The notes beneath the pieces are model-generated. The model was not told the DNA's origin, did no database searches, and saw only the letters and a list, made by a program, of their open reading frames with translations. A program made the translations under genes and the position numbers. A DNA stretch of 39,398 nucleotides from Patescibacteria group bacterium UBA5147 (GTDB lineage Bacteria > Patescibacteriota > Saccharimonadia > UBA4664): assembly GCA_002415345.1 (NCBI GenBank), contig DHXV01000002.1:1-39398 (forward strand), read 5' to 3'. This document shows positions 20,243 through 27,751 of this stretch, piece after piece; the stretch's first letter is position 1, and each line of letters opens with the position of its first letter.

Positions 20243-20863
20243 TTATTTGAAGTACCAAATATCTTCAATACGATCAGGGATTACTCCGAGATAATCACGT
20301 GAATCTGTCTTAGTCTGCGTAGTTCTGAAAATCGCTCCAGCTACCATGTCAGCCAATTGAATAAGATTATCGCTTTTAGAGTCAACAAACTTCATGTCTT
20401 TTATAACGCCGCCGCGGGGATTAGCTTGCTGACGGAAATAAGCAGCAGCAGTCTTTTTATACAACTTGTCACCATGTCCATCTAATCGAATACTAGCGTT
20501 TTTGATTTTTCCTGCATTGTTTGAAAGTACTTGTTTAATCATGTAATTATAAAACTTGTCTTGCTTACTTTGTAGCTCTGGACTCCTGATTATGGCTTTG
20601 TTTGCCACAATTGCTCGCACACGAAAATTGGAGGTTTTAACCACCTCAAGGAAATCTAGCCGAATTTTCTTAGTTGCTTTATTAAATTTGAATTCGTGTT
20701 CGTCACGCCAATTCAACGAGCGACGTAATCGTTTTATTTTGAGTGCCGTTTCTTCCGCATCTAAATTATCATCGAAAATTACGCAGGCGATTACAAAATG
20801 CGCACTCGATCCTTTATCCAATTTAAAACCAGCGTCTCCGGAATCATCTATAAAAACCAGCAT
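20243..20863 (-). CDS. DUF3800 domain protein (passenger gene)
   Basis: 206 aa. N-terminal MLVFIDDSGD, HEFKF, C-terminal LIQLADMVAGAI. These are the conserved blocks of DUF3800 as I recall them. Confidence 0.8.
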   Translation of the reverse strand: MLVFIDDSGDAGFKLDKGSSAHFVIACVIFDDNLDAEETALKIKRLRRSLNWRDEHEFKFNKATKKIRLDFLEVVKTSNFRVRAIVANKAIIRSPELQSKQDKFYNYMIKQVLSNNAGKIKNASIRLDGHGDKLYKKTAAAYFRQQANPRGGVIKDMKFVDSKSDNLIQLADMVAGAIFRTTQTKTDSRDYLGVIPDRIEDIWYFK

Positions 20864-21054
20864 TACCTTTTCGGCTGCGCCGCTCGCTTCAAAATCTCAT
20901 CAAACCGCTCTTGTCCTTGTGGGTGAGCCTCAAGCTGTGCTAGCTCCGCTTGTTCTTCTGGCGTAGGGTTACGCAACGCCTTCAAGTTAAGAATACGGTT
21001 AGCCGTCTTCTCTTCGGGGGTTTGCTCGCGTTTGGCATGATCGTGTTTATGCAT
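20863..21054 (-). CDS. Small charged hypothetical protein (63 aa), start-stop coupled to DUF3800
   Basis: ATG at 21054 is preceded by TATAAT 6 nt upstream on the minus strand. Its stop overlaps the DUF3800 ATG (ATGA at 20863). Lys/Glu/Pro-rich. Confidence 0.45.
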   Translation of the reverse strand: MHKHDHAKREQTPEEKTANRILNLKALRNPTPEEQAELAQLEAHPQGQERFDEILKRAAQPKR

Positions 21055-21061
21055 AGGACAA

Positions 21062-21475
21062 TTATACGCCCCAACTGATAAACAGCCACAGCTGGCTGGG
21101 GTGGGTTGCCCACCAGAAGCATTCCATCGAAAAGAGAAAGAAGAAAATACAAAGAACAAATGCCGCCGACTTATAATCGCGGTAATCCTTTGACCTAATA
21201 ATGTTATTAAGCGTTAGCACAAACAACATAAGTGAAGATATAAAGAACGTGCTGATACCTAAGATAAGCGAGAATTTAGTCACTTCTTGAAATATTTTTA
21301 CTTCTACGGACGTAAAAATAAGAAGCGCAGCAAACAGGCCAAAAATTCCTATAAATTCTTCCTTCACATGCTCTAACTTATCAACTTTATCGAGGAGATC
21401 ATCAATCTTGGCGGTGTCCTTAGGATCTCCGCCAAGATTGGGTTTATCGGTTGCCGTTATACCTTTTTGGCCCAT
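21062..21475 (-). CDS. Membrane protein (3-4 TM) with charged N-terminal cytoplasmic segment (passenger gene)
   Basis: 137 aa. The start overlaps the stop of the upstream 105-aa ORF (ATGA at 21475). Confidence 0.55.
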   Translation of the reverse strand: MGQKGITATDKPNLGGDPKDTAKIDDLLDKVDKLEHVKEEFIGIFGLFAALLIFTSVEVKIFQEVTKFSLILGISTFFISSLMLFVLTLNNIIRSKDYRDYKSAAFVLCIFFFLFSMECFWWATHPSQLWLFISWGV

Positions 21476-21789
21476 TATTCAAACTTCACTTTCGGCAGCA
21501 GGAAGATAACGTTAAAGTAAAAAACCTGACCAGAGGAATTGCCAACTATTGCAACTATGGGCATCATTGAACCCGACAGTGCTACACCCACACCAGGTCC
21601 AGTAGTATCTTGAAGAAACTGGTGGGTAAAACCCTGCATGAGGGTATAGCCAGCAGGGTCAACCGGAAAACCCTCCTTTGTAATCACGGCGTCGATAGCA
21701 GTTTTTATATCAGGCTCTAAGGACTTAAATGTATGCGTTGCCACTAGTCGTTTCCTTAACCAGTTGAGTATATCACAACTTGTCGTCAT
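21475..21789 (-). CDS. Hypothetical 105-aa protein (passenger gene), start inside the right IR
   Basis: The ORF-track version (to 21960) crosses the IS boundary into the DUF2779 antisense strand. The ATG at 21789 (MTTSCDIL...) is the first start inside the element. Confidence 0.45.
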   Translation of the reverse strand: MTTSCDILNWLRKRLVATHTFKSLEPDIKTAIDAVITKEGFPVDPAGYTLMQGFTHQFLQDTTGPGVGVALSGSMMPIVAIVGNSSGQVFYFNVIFLLPKVKFE

Positions 21790-21801
21790 GGTATAAGTCC
21801 C

Positions 21802-22137
21802 GCCGAGTTCTACGAACAACTCAATTCCCGCATTGTTGATTTGATGGTGCCGTTTGCCAGCGACTGGTACGTTGATAAAGACTTTGGCGGCAGCGCGTCC
21901 ATTAAGCATGTCCTGCCTGTGCTGGTGCCTGAGCTGTCCTACAAGGCGTTGGGCATTCAAGAGGGGACCGCCGCTTCAAGACTGTGGATGGAGGCCGTAC
22001 TGGACGGCAAGCGGGATGGTGAGCGGGAGCAGATTTTGAGTGATCTGGTTGAGTATTGCGGGTTGGATACGTTGGCGATGGTGGAGATATTTCGGGTATT
22101 ATCCCAGCTGGATACAAACAATGAAATTAGAAGCTAG
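21802..22137 (+). pseudogene. DUF2779-family gene, 3' part (resumes after the IS)
   Basis: Reads AEFYEQLNSRIVDLMVPFASDWYVDKDFGGSASIKHVLPVLVPE...YCGLDTLAMVEIF, in frame with 18015..19160. Restored length is about 491 aa. Confidence 0.8.
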
Positions 22138-22457
22138 GTTTCACCAAGCCCATCGAGAGAGTTCCGAATAAACCTTTCCGCGAACGGTGAAAACTGGTCG
22201 ACGCTGTATGGAATCTGAGTGGTTGCCAATAGAAGTGCGACGTTGGCTTCTTCTAACGTACCAATGTATTCCATATCTTTGCGGATAGTGTATTCCGCGG
22301 CAATCTTTGCTGCCAGCAATAAGTGGCCTTCCGCGAGTTCAAGTTGGGCAATACTATCATCCAGGTGTGCGCGAGCCATCAATTCTCTCTCGTAGGCTTC
22401 CGGAAGTGGGGCCATCTGCCTGACGTGCAAGATGTAGGCCTGAATTTGCGGTTGCAT
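22134..22457 (-). CDS. Small protein resembling sigma-70 region 1.2/2 only
   Basis: 107 aa. SD GAGG. The pattern ...ELMARAHLDDSIAQLELAEGHLLLAAKIAAEY...LEEANVALLLATTQ...FSPFAERFIRNSL parallels the sigma70_r2 consensus. No region 4 is present. Confidence 0.5.
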   Translation of the reverse strand: MQPQIQAYILHVRQMAPLPEAYERELMARAHLDDSIAQLELAEGHLLLAAKIAAEYTIRKDMEYIGTLEEANVALLLATTQIPYSVDQFSPFAERFIRNSLDGLGET

Positions 22458-22690
22458 AATTAGCCTCGTTTGAGCGGACTAGCATTACTAAGGCAACAAT
22501 AATTCCGGGAGTAAGGCCTTACAATAGGCATTACTTCAATATTGGGAAAGGCTACTCGTCAATTCATTGTGCGATATGTACTGCAATCCATGGACTGATC
22601 AAGGAACATCTTGCTACGTGACCAAAAGAGAACGCCTCAGGTTGGATTACCTAAGGCGTGATAGGGGAATGGGCGGGGGTTGATGCGGTG

Positions 22691-23119
22691 TCAGGCGGCT
22701 TGGCCGGCGGAGGTGTAGGTTTCGATGCCCTCGGGCAGATGCTTGTCCGGCGACCAGATGATGACCTTGCGGTAGCGGCCTTGAATGAAGAGCCTGACAG
22801 TGATGCTGTCACTCGACTCGTCTCCGGTGGCTAGAGACCGTTCGGTCAGAATGCCCTCGAGGGCGAGACGGAGACCGGCCACGGTACTGATGCCGAAGAT
22901 GCCGATGTTGTCGCCCTTGCCGGACTCGATGCTCTGACGGATGAGGTCTTCCAGCACCTTGAGGATTGACAGCGGGGGACTTTCATACCGCGCAGTTGTT
23001 CCTTTACAGGATGGGAGTATCCAGTTGCCGTTGACCCACTGTTCACCATAAAGGTTGAACAGTGTTATTCGCTGGCCCTCCACGGACCAGTTCAAGCCTG
23101 TGGTTGCCAAGCTGGTCAT
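22691..23119 (-). CDS. Hypothetical protein (142 aa)
   Basis: ATG at 23119 is preceded by a perfect SD, AGGAGG. Hairpin ACGCCT/AGGCGT plus a T-rich tail lies downstream (22630-22660, minus strand). Confidence 0.55.
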   Translation of the reverse strand: MTSLATTGLNWSVEGQRITLFNLYGEQWVNGNWILPSCKGTTARYESPPLSILKVLEDLIRQSIESGKGDNIGIFGISTVAGLRLALEGILTERSLATGDESSDSITVRLFIQGRYRKVIIWSPDKHLPEGIETYTSAGQAA

Positions 23120-23235
23120 GATGATCCTCCTGGATTTAGGTCTTGGAAGGTCCGCGAGCGGGGGATATCCCACACGTAAAGAGGAGAATAACATGACGGA
23201 AGCGTTATGTCAATGAGTAGCGCTTGCGCTTAGAC

Positions 23236-23297
23236 ATAAGAAACCCCCTCCAGGGTCTCTTGTTCTCGGAATGAGAAGGTGAGGTTCTGAGGGGGCG
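23236..23297. repeat. Palindromic terminator-like repeat, copy A
   Basis: ATAAGAAACCCCCTCCAGGGTcTCTtGTTCTCGgaaTGAGAAG...GAGGGGGCG. The first 21 nt are identical to copy B at 25713. Lies just 3' of a minus-strand gene. Confidence 0.75.
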
Positions 23298-23304
23298 CGG
23301 AGTA

Positions 23305-23532
23305 TCAGCTAGCTGAACGTCGTTTTACCAACTTCAGCTTCTGCCATTCGATGTAGCGAAAATCGTTGTTCGGGTAAGCCTTTTGAAAGGCCTTTTTGAC
23401 TTGAATGCAGATATTGTTGCGGTAGTTATTGTCGCTGGAAGCACGCTCCACGGTTTGATCCGCAATCCGGATTTCTGCTTCCCATCCGCCGGAATATTCT
23501 GCGTTGTAAATCGACGACTGCAATCTTGCCAA
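23305..23532 (-). CDS. Hypothetical small protein (75 aa, TTG start)
   Basis: Balanced composition. Only a TTG start is available. An alternative-frame ORF (23334..23633) looks less protein-like. Confidence 0.3.
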   Translation of the reverse strand: MARLQSSIYNAEYSGGWEAEIRIADQTVERASSDNNYRNNICIQVKKAFQKAYPNNDFRYIEWQKLKLVKRRSAS

Positions 23533-23700
23533 GTTGCATCACGGCCTTTGATTGTGGCGAAGGTACGATTAACAAAACTAATTCTGCAGTAATTTAGCAA
23601 CAAAGTCAAGATTAAATTATGCCTTGGTACCATGGAGCGGAAATATATTAGGTGCTAAGCTAATGCTAGATACAGAAAAAACGCAACTGACAGGAGATTT

Positions 23701-24405
23701 ATGGCAGCACCCACGGCCCTTCGCGCGAGCGAAGTCGTTAAGACATATGGCAAAGGCGAGAGTTTATTTACGGCGCTCGGGGGCGTTTCCATCGACATCC
23801 GCAGCGGCGAGTCCGTCGCTATTATCGGCAAGAGCGGTTCCGGCAAGAGCACGCTGATGCACCTGTTGGCGCTGCTGGATGAGCCGAGTTCCGGCAGTAT
23901 CGCGATAGACGGGCAGGAGGCGGCGGGCCTGAAGAACAAGGAGCTCAATGCTCTGCGCAACCATAAATTCGGTTTTGTCTTTCAGCAATTCTTTCTGAAC
24001 GGCAATGCCACCGTGTTGGAAAACGTCATTCTGCCGCTCAAAATCGCCGGCATCGGCCGGGCCGAGCGCCATCGTCGGGCCCATGAGGCTTTGGCTAAAG
24101 TGGAGCTTGACGATAAGTCGGGGAGCAAGGCCAAGGACTTGAGCGGCGGGCAGAAGCAGCGCGTGGTCATCGCGCGCGCCCTGGTCGGCGAGCCGGCCAT
24201 TATCTTTGCCGACGAGCCCACCGGTAACCTGGATTCCTCGACTGGCGCCCTCATTGAGAGGCTGCTGTTTGACCTCAACAAGCAACATGGCATCACCTTG
24301 ATTGTCGTGACCCACGACCCGGATCTGGCTGAGCGTTGCGACCGTCAGATTCATCTTAAAGACGGCCTAATCGTGCCCGCCACCCCCGGAAAGGTCCGCG
24401 TTTAA
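23701..24405 (+). CDS. ABC transporter ATP-binding protein (MacB/LolD/FtsE-like)
   Basis: Walker A GKSGSGKST, signature LSGGQKQRVVIARAL, Walker B IIFADEPTGNLD, H-loop VTHD. Confidence 0.92.
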   Translation: MAAPTALRASEVVKTYGKGESLFTALGGVSIDIRSGESVAIIGKSGSGKSTLMHLLALLDEPSSGSIAIDGQEAAGLKNKELNALRNHKFGFVFQQFFLNGNATVLENVILPLKIAGIGRAERHRRAHEALAKVELDDKSGSKAKDLSGGQKQRVVIARALVGEPAIIFADEPTGNLDSSTGALIERLLFDLNKQHGITLIVVTHDPDLAERCDRQIHLKDGLIVPATPGKVRV

Positions 24406-25700
24406 TGAAACTCATCGATATCATCTCAACCGCCAACTCCAACATGTTCCGCAGTAAACTTCGCACCTCACTCACCATCGTCGCCATTTTCATCGGGTCC
24501 TTCACCCTAACGCTGACTAACGGCCTTGGTTCGGGTATTTCCAAGTACATCGATAAAGAGGTCGGCAACCTGGGCGCCAAAGACGTTTTGATCGTGCAGG
24601 CGACAGGGGAGACGACCGGTCTGTCGAGCGACGGCGTGAAAAAATATGATCCAGCTAAACGCACCCAATCGTTATCCAGCCAGGGTAACCGCACGGTTAC
24701 AGTGCTGACCGATCAGGACATTGTAAAGATTGGCAAAATCGACGGAATTAAATCGGTCGAGCCGATACGGAGCGCCCAGATTGACTATATCTCGGGCAAA
24801 ACTTCGGATAAATATATCGGTTCTGCCGACTCCTATATCAGCGGGGCCAATTACGCGCTCGAAGCCGGTAAGTTGACGTCCAACGCCTCGTCCACTATGG
24901 AAGTGATGCTGCCCGTGACCTATCTCCAGCCGCTGGGTTTTGCGGATGCCAAGAGCGCTATCGGTCAAACCGTTCGGCTTGGGGTCACCAACGCGCTGGG
25001 CGAGCAGTCGGAAGTCGCCGCCACCGTCGTCGGGGTCAAACAAAAAAGCCTGGCCGGAGGATCGGCTTTGAGTATCAACGCGGCCCTGGTTACCCAGCTT
25101 CTCAAGACTCAAGACGTTGGTCTGCCACCCGCCGCTACCACGAACTTCCAGGTCGCCACCGCTCGCTTTGACAGCACGTTGCCGGCCGCCAAACTGACTG
25201 AGCTCAAAGGCCGCCTCACTAAAGCCGGCTACTCGGGCATGACGGTCGAAGATCAAATCGGCTCCTTTAAGGCCGTCATCAGTGGTATTGTGACGGTCTT
25301 AGACGGCTTCGCCGTCATCGCCCTGCTGGCCGCCAGTTTCGGCATCATCAACACCCTGCTGATGAGCGTGCAGGAGCGCACCAAAGAGATCGGCCTGATG
25401 AAAGCCATGGGCATGAGCGCCAGCCGGATCTTCCTGCTCTTTAGCGGTGAGGCCGTGATGCTGGGCTTCTGGGGCAGCCTGCTCGGTTCGGTCGTAGCCA
25501 TCGGCGCCGGTACGATCATTAATAAGATCGTTCTCACCACCTTCCTGAAGGACTTGGTGGGGCTGCAGCTCCTGGCCTTCTCGCCCGGTTCGGTCGCGGC
25601 CATTATCGGCATCGTCATGGGAATCGCCTTTTTTGCGGGCAGCCTCCCGGCCATCCGCGCCGCGCGGCAGAATCCGATTGATTCGTTGCGGTACGAGTAG
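24405..25700 (+). CDS. ABC transporter permease, MacB-type (FtsX domain with large extracytoplasmic domain)
   Basis: 431 aa. N-terminal TM, roughly 250-aa periplasmic domain, three C-terminal TMs with the FtsX-type ERTKEIGLMKAMG motif. TAATG overlap with the ATPase gene. Confidence 0.88.
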   Translation: MKLIDIISTANSNMFRSKLRTSLTIVAIFIGSFTLTLTNGLGSGISKYIDKEVGNLGAKDVLIVQATGETTGLSSDGVKKYDPAKRTQSLSSQGNRTVTVLTDQDIVKIGKIDGIKSVEPIRSAQIDYISGKTSDKYIGSADSYISGANYALEAGKLTSNASSTMEVMLPVTYLQPLGFADAKSAIGQTVRLGVTNALGEQSEVAATVVGVKQKSLAGGSALSINAALVTQLLKTQDVGLPPAATTNFQVATARFDSTLPAAKLTELKGRLTKAGYSGMTVEDQIGSFKAVISGIVTVLDGFAVIALLAASFGIINTLLMSVQERTKEIGLMKAMGMSASRIFLLFSGEAVMLGFWGSLLGSVVAIGAGTIINKIVLTTFLKDLVGLQLLAFSPGSVAAIIGIVMGIAFFAGSLPAIRAARQNPIDSLRYE

Positions 25701-25712
25701 GCAACTCAAGAA

Positions 25713-25774
25713 ATAAGAAACCCCCTCCAGGGTTTCTGGTTCTCGCAGTGAGAAGCAAAAACCCTGGAGGGGGC
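25713..25774. repeat. Palindromic terminator-like repeat, copy B
   Basis: ATAAGAAACCCCCTCCAGGGTtTCTgGTTCTCGcagTGAGAAG...CCCTGGAGGGGGCG. 12-bp stem CCCCCTCCAGGG/CCCTGGAGGGGG. On the minus strand it is followed by TTTCTTATTTCTT. Confidence 0.75.
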
Positions 25775-25788
25775 GTGGTCGGTCGGCG

Positions 25789-26175
25789 CTAGATGACGAT
25801 CGGTGGCGTGATATTGGCGTAGTAGTAGACCATCAGGTTCTCGAGCTCGTCTTGGTCCAACCTGGCATCAGCGTGGAAGAAGCTGTTGAGGTAAGTGACG
25901 GATGGGGCGGCGTCAATGAACATGCCCAAACTGAAAGCCGGGACCTCGTCGCCGTACGCCCGTCCGTAACCTTGGTTGGGGCCGATGACGTCGTTTAGAG
26001 CCGCGTCAAAGATGTGCTGCAGGGTGGCAAAGTCGTGGTCGCCGACGGTGGTCGTTACCAGCTTGCGAAACAGGAAGTGCTGATAGGAAACATTCGTCAG
26101 CAGGGCATACATCTGTTTGAGCGCCTCGACGGTTTCCTCACTGATGGGCTTAGCATTCTGAGGGACGGTGGTCAT
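25789..26175 (-). CDS. Hypothetical protein (128 aa)
   Basis: ATG at 26175 with SD GAAAGG. No motif recognised. Confidence 0.5.
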   Translation of the reverse strand: MTTVPQNAKPISEETVEALKQMYALLTNVSYQHFLFRKLVTTTVGDHDFATLQHIFDAALNDVIGPNQGYGRAYGDEVPAFSLGMFIDAAPSVTYLNSFFHADARLDQDELENLMVYYYANITPPIVI

Positions 26176-26311
26176 GGTCGACCTTTCGAATCGAGAAAAA
26201 AGTGAAAGTGCTTGGTACTGTATAGCATAAAACACACAAAAAGGCAATCGCATGCTAGGTGTTAGATTGAGGCAGGGTTGGCGGTATTAACCGCCAACCC
26301 TGCTTGGGTGG

Positions 26312-26557
26312 CTACGAAGCCGGGTGGGCCCGTACTGCCTGGGCGAAGATTTCGGCGATCTCGTCGTAGGCGTCGGCCGGCCGGCAGTCTTCGCAGGCGT
26401 TGGTCGGGCAGCCGTCGCCGAAGTCGACGAGGACGAAGGCCGGTTTGAGCCGGCAGACTTCGCAGGGGCGGTTGGGATCGCGCTCCAGGTGCCAGCCGAC
26501 AATGCGGGGCGGGGGAGGCTGGGGAATCTCGAAACCATCGGTCGGTTGAGGGGACAT
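26312..26557 (-). CDS. Small Cys-rich hypothetical protein (81 aa)
   Basis: ATG at 26557 with SD GGAGG. CEVC...C..NACEDC pattern. The other two overlapping frames in this GC-rich stretch have Arg/Pro-rich junk-like composition. Confidence 0.45.
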   Translation of the reverse strand: MSPQPTDGFEIPQPPPPRIVGWHLERDPNRPCEVCRLKPAFVLVDFGDGCPTNACEDCRPADAYDEIAEIFAQAVRAHPAS

Positions 26558-26682
26558 GTTGACCTCCGTCGGACGGGGAGAGGCGGTTTGGCGCCTTCCG
26601 GCTCGTTTGAGCAAGAGGAATAATATAGCATAACTGGTTGATACAGTCAACTGCTGACCATGGTGCCGCTATTTTGCCCAAA

Positions 26683-26982
26683 CTAGACTGCGGCGCCTTC
26701 GCCCCAATGGCGCATGGTATCGAGAATGCCGTGCAGGCTGTGGCCGCGCTCGGTCAGCGAATACACGGGATGTCCCGTGGCGCAGTTACGGGTGATGATG
26801 TTGTCGCCCTCGAGCTCCTTGAGGCGCAGCGCGAGGGTGCGGGGTGAGATGCCGACCAGCGAATGCTCGAGTTCGCTGAACCGGCGCTCGCCTTCCAGAA
26901 GGTCGCGGATAATGAGGATGGTCCATTTGCCACCCAGGGTTTCCATGGTTTTGGCGATGCCGCAACTGGTGTTATCTTTCAT
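26683..26982 (-). CDS. HxlR-family winged-helix transcriptional regulator
   Basis: 99 aa. CGIAKTMETLGGKWTILIIRDLLEGERRFSELEHSLVGISPRTLALRLKELE is the canonical HxlR signature. Divergent from an FMN reductase gene. Confidence 0.9.
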   Translation of the reverse strand: MKDNTSCGIAKTMETLGGKWTILIIRDLLEGERRFSELEHSLVGISPRTLALRLKELEGDNIITRNCATGHPVYSLTERGHSLHGILDTMRHWGEGAAV

Positions 26983-27055
26983 GACGGAATTATACCACTT
27001 TACAATGTATAGTGTCTAGTGCTATACTTTTTATAGTAACTAGGAGCACGAACAT

Positions 27056-27655
27056 ATGAAGATTCAAGTAGTAATCGGTAGCACCCGCGCCGGCCGCGTC
27101 GGACCCCGCATCGGCAAGTGGGTAGAGTCAGCCGTTAACCAGATTGACGGCCTTGAGGGAGAAATTATTGATTTGGCGGATTTTAATATTCCGTTTTTTG
27201 ATGAACCGATCAGCCCCCGGTATAATCCGGCCCGCGAAATTGACAGCGAGGCCAAGCGTTTCATGGACAAGCTCGCCGTTGCTGACGGATACGTCTTTGT
27301 GACGCCGGAGTACAACCACTCGATAACCGGCGCCCTCAAGAACGCCTTGGACTACGTGGACACGCAACTGGGCCGCAAGGTCTCGGCAATCGTAAGCTAT
27401 GGCAGTGTGGGCGGAGCCCGGGCCGCCGAACACCTCAAAGGCATTCTGCTTGAAAGCGGTTCGGGGGTGGTTCCTCAGGCCGTCGCCATCCTGGGTTCGC
27501 CGACCGAACTCTTTAGCGAAGGCGGCGTCCTGGACGCGGAAATCGCCGCCAATCCCTATGGTCCGGCCGGGGCGTTGCACAAGACGCTGACAGAGCTAGC
27601 CTGGTGGACCGGAGCCACCGTTGATGCCCGGGCCAAGGAATTGGCCGCCGTCTAA
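27056..27655 (+). CDS. NAD(P)H-dependent FMN reductase family oxidoreductase
   Basis: 199 aa. MKIQVVIGSTRAGR... and TPEYNHSITGALKNALD motifs. SD AGGAG. Confidence 0.85.
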   Translation: MKIQVVIGSTRAGRVGPRIGKWVESAVNQIDGLEGEIIDLADFNIPFFDEPISPRYNPAREIDSEAKRFMDKLAVADGYVFVTPEYNHSITGALKNALDYVDTQLGRKVSAIVSYGSVGGARAAEHLKGILLESGSGVVPQAVAILGSPTELFSEGGVLDAEIAANPYGPAGALHKTLTELAWWTGATVDARAKELAAV

Positions 27656-27751
27656 CAGATATAGCGAGCAAACAGAGCCGCCTTAGGGCGGTTCTTTGCT
27701 TTACAAAGGTATTGGTTAGTAATACAACTAAGTTGTAATAAGGAATTGGTT

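Larger units (their letters stand above)
19163..21801 (+). mobile_element. IS1595-family insertion sequence carrying passenger genes (2,639 bp)
   Basis: Terminal inverted repeats GGGACTTATCCCTTGACAACAAGTAGT (19163-19189) and the reverse complement of 21775-21801, GGGACTTATACCATGACGACAAGTTGT, match at 23/27 positions. 8-bp TSD. IS1595/ISXO2-like transposase inside. The insertion splits an otherwise in-frame gene. Confidence 0.9.

Noticed and set aside
21790-21960. N-terminal extension of the 21475..21960 ORF
   Set aside because: The extension crosses the IS right boundary (21801) into the antisense strand of the DUF2779 3' fragment, so it is a chance read-through. The first ATG inside the element, at 21789, was used instead.
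23334-23633. 99-aa alternative-frame ORF overlapping the 75-aa ORF
   Set aside because: Its composition is Thr/Arg/Leu-rich and low in complexity, and it has no SD. Neither ORF is strongly supported, and the 75-aa frame was listed only with low confidence.
26262-26681. Three overlapping minus-strand ORFs (139, 114 and 112 aa) in different frames
   Set aside because: Only the frame containing MSPQPTDGF... has an SD (GGAGG) and non-degenerate composition. The other two are Arg/Pro/Ser-rich GC artefacts.
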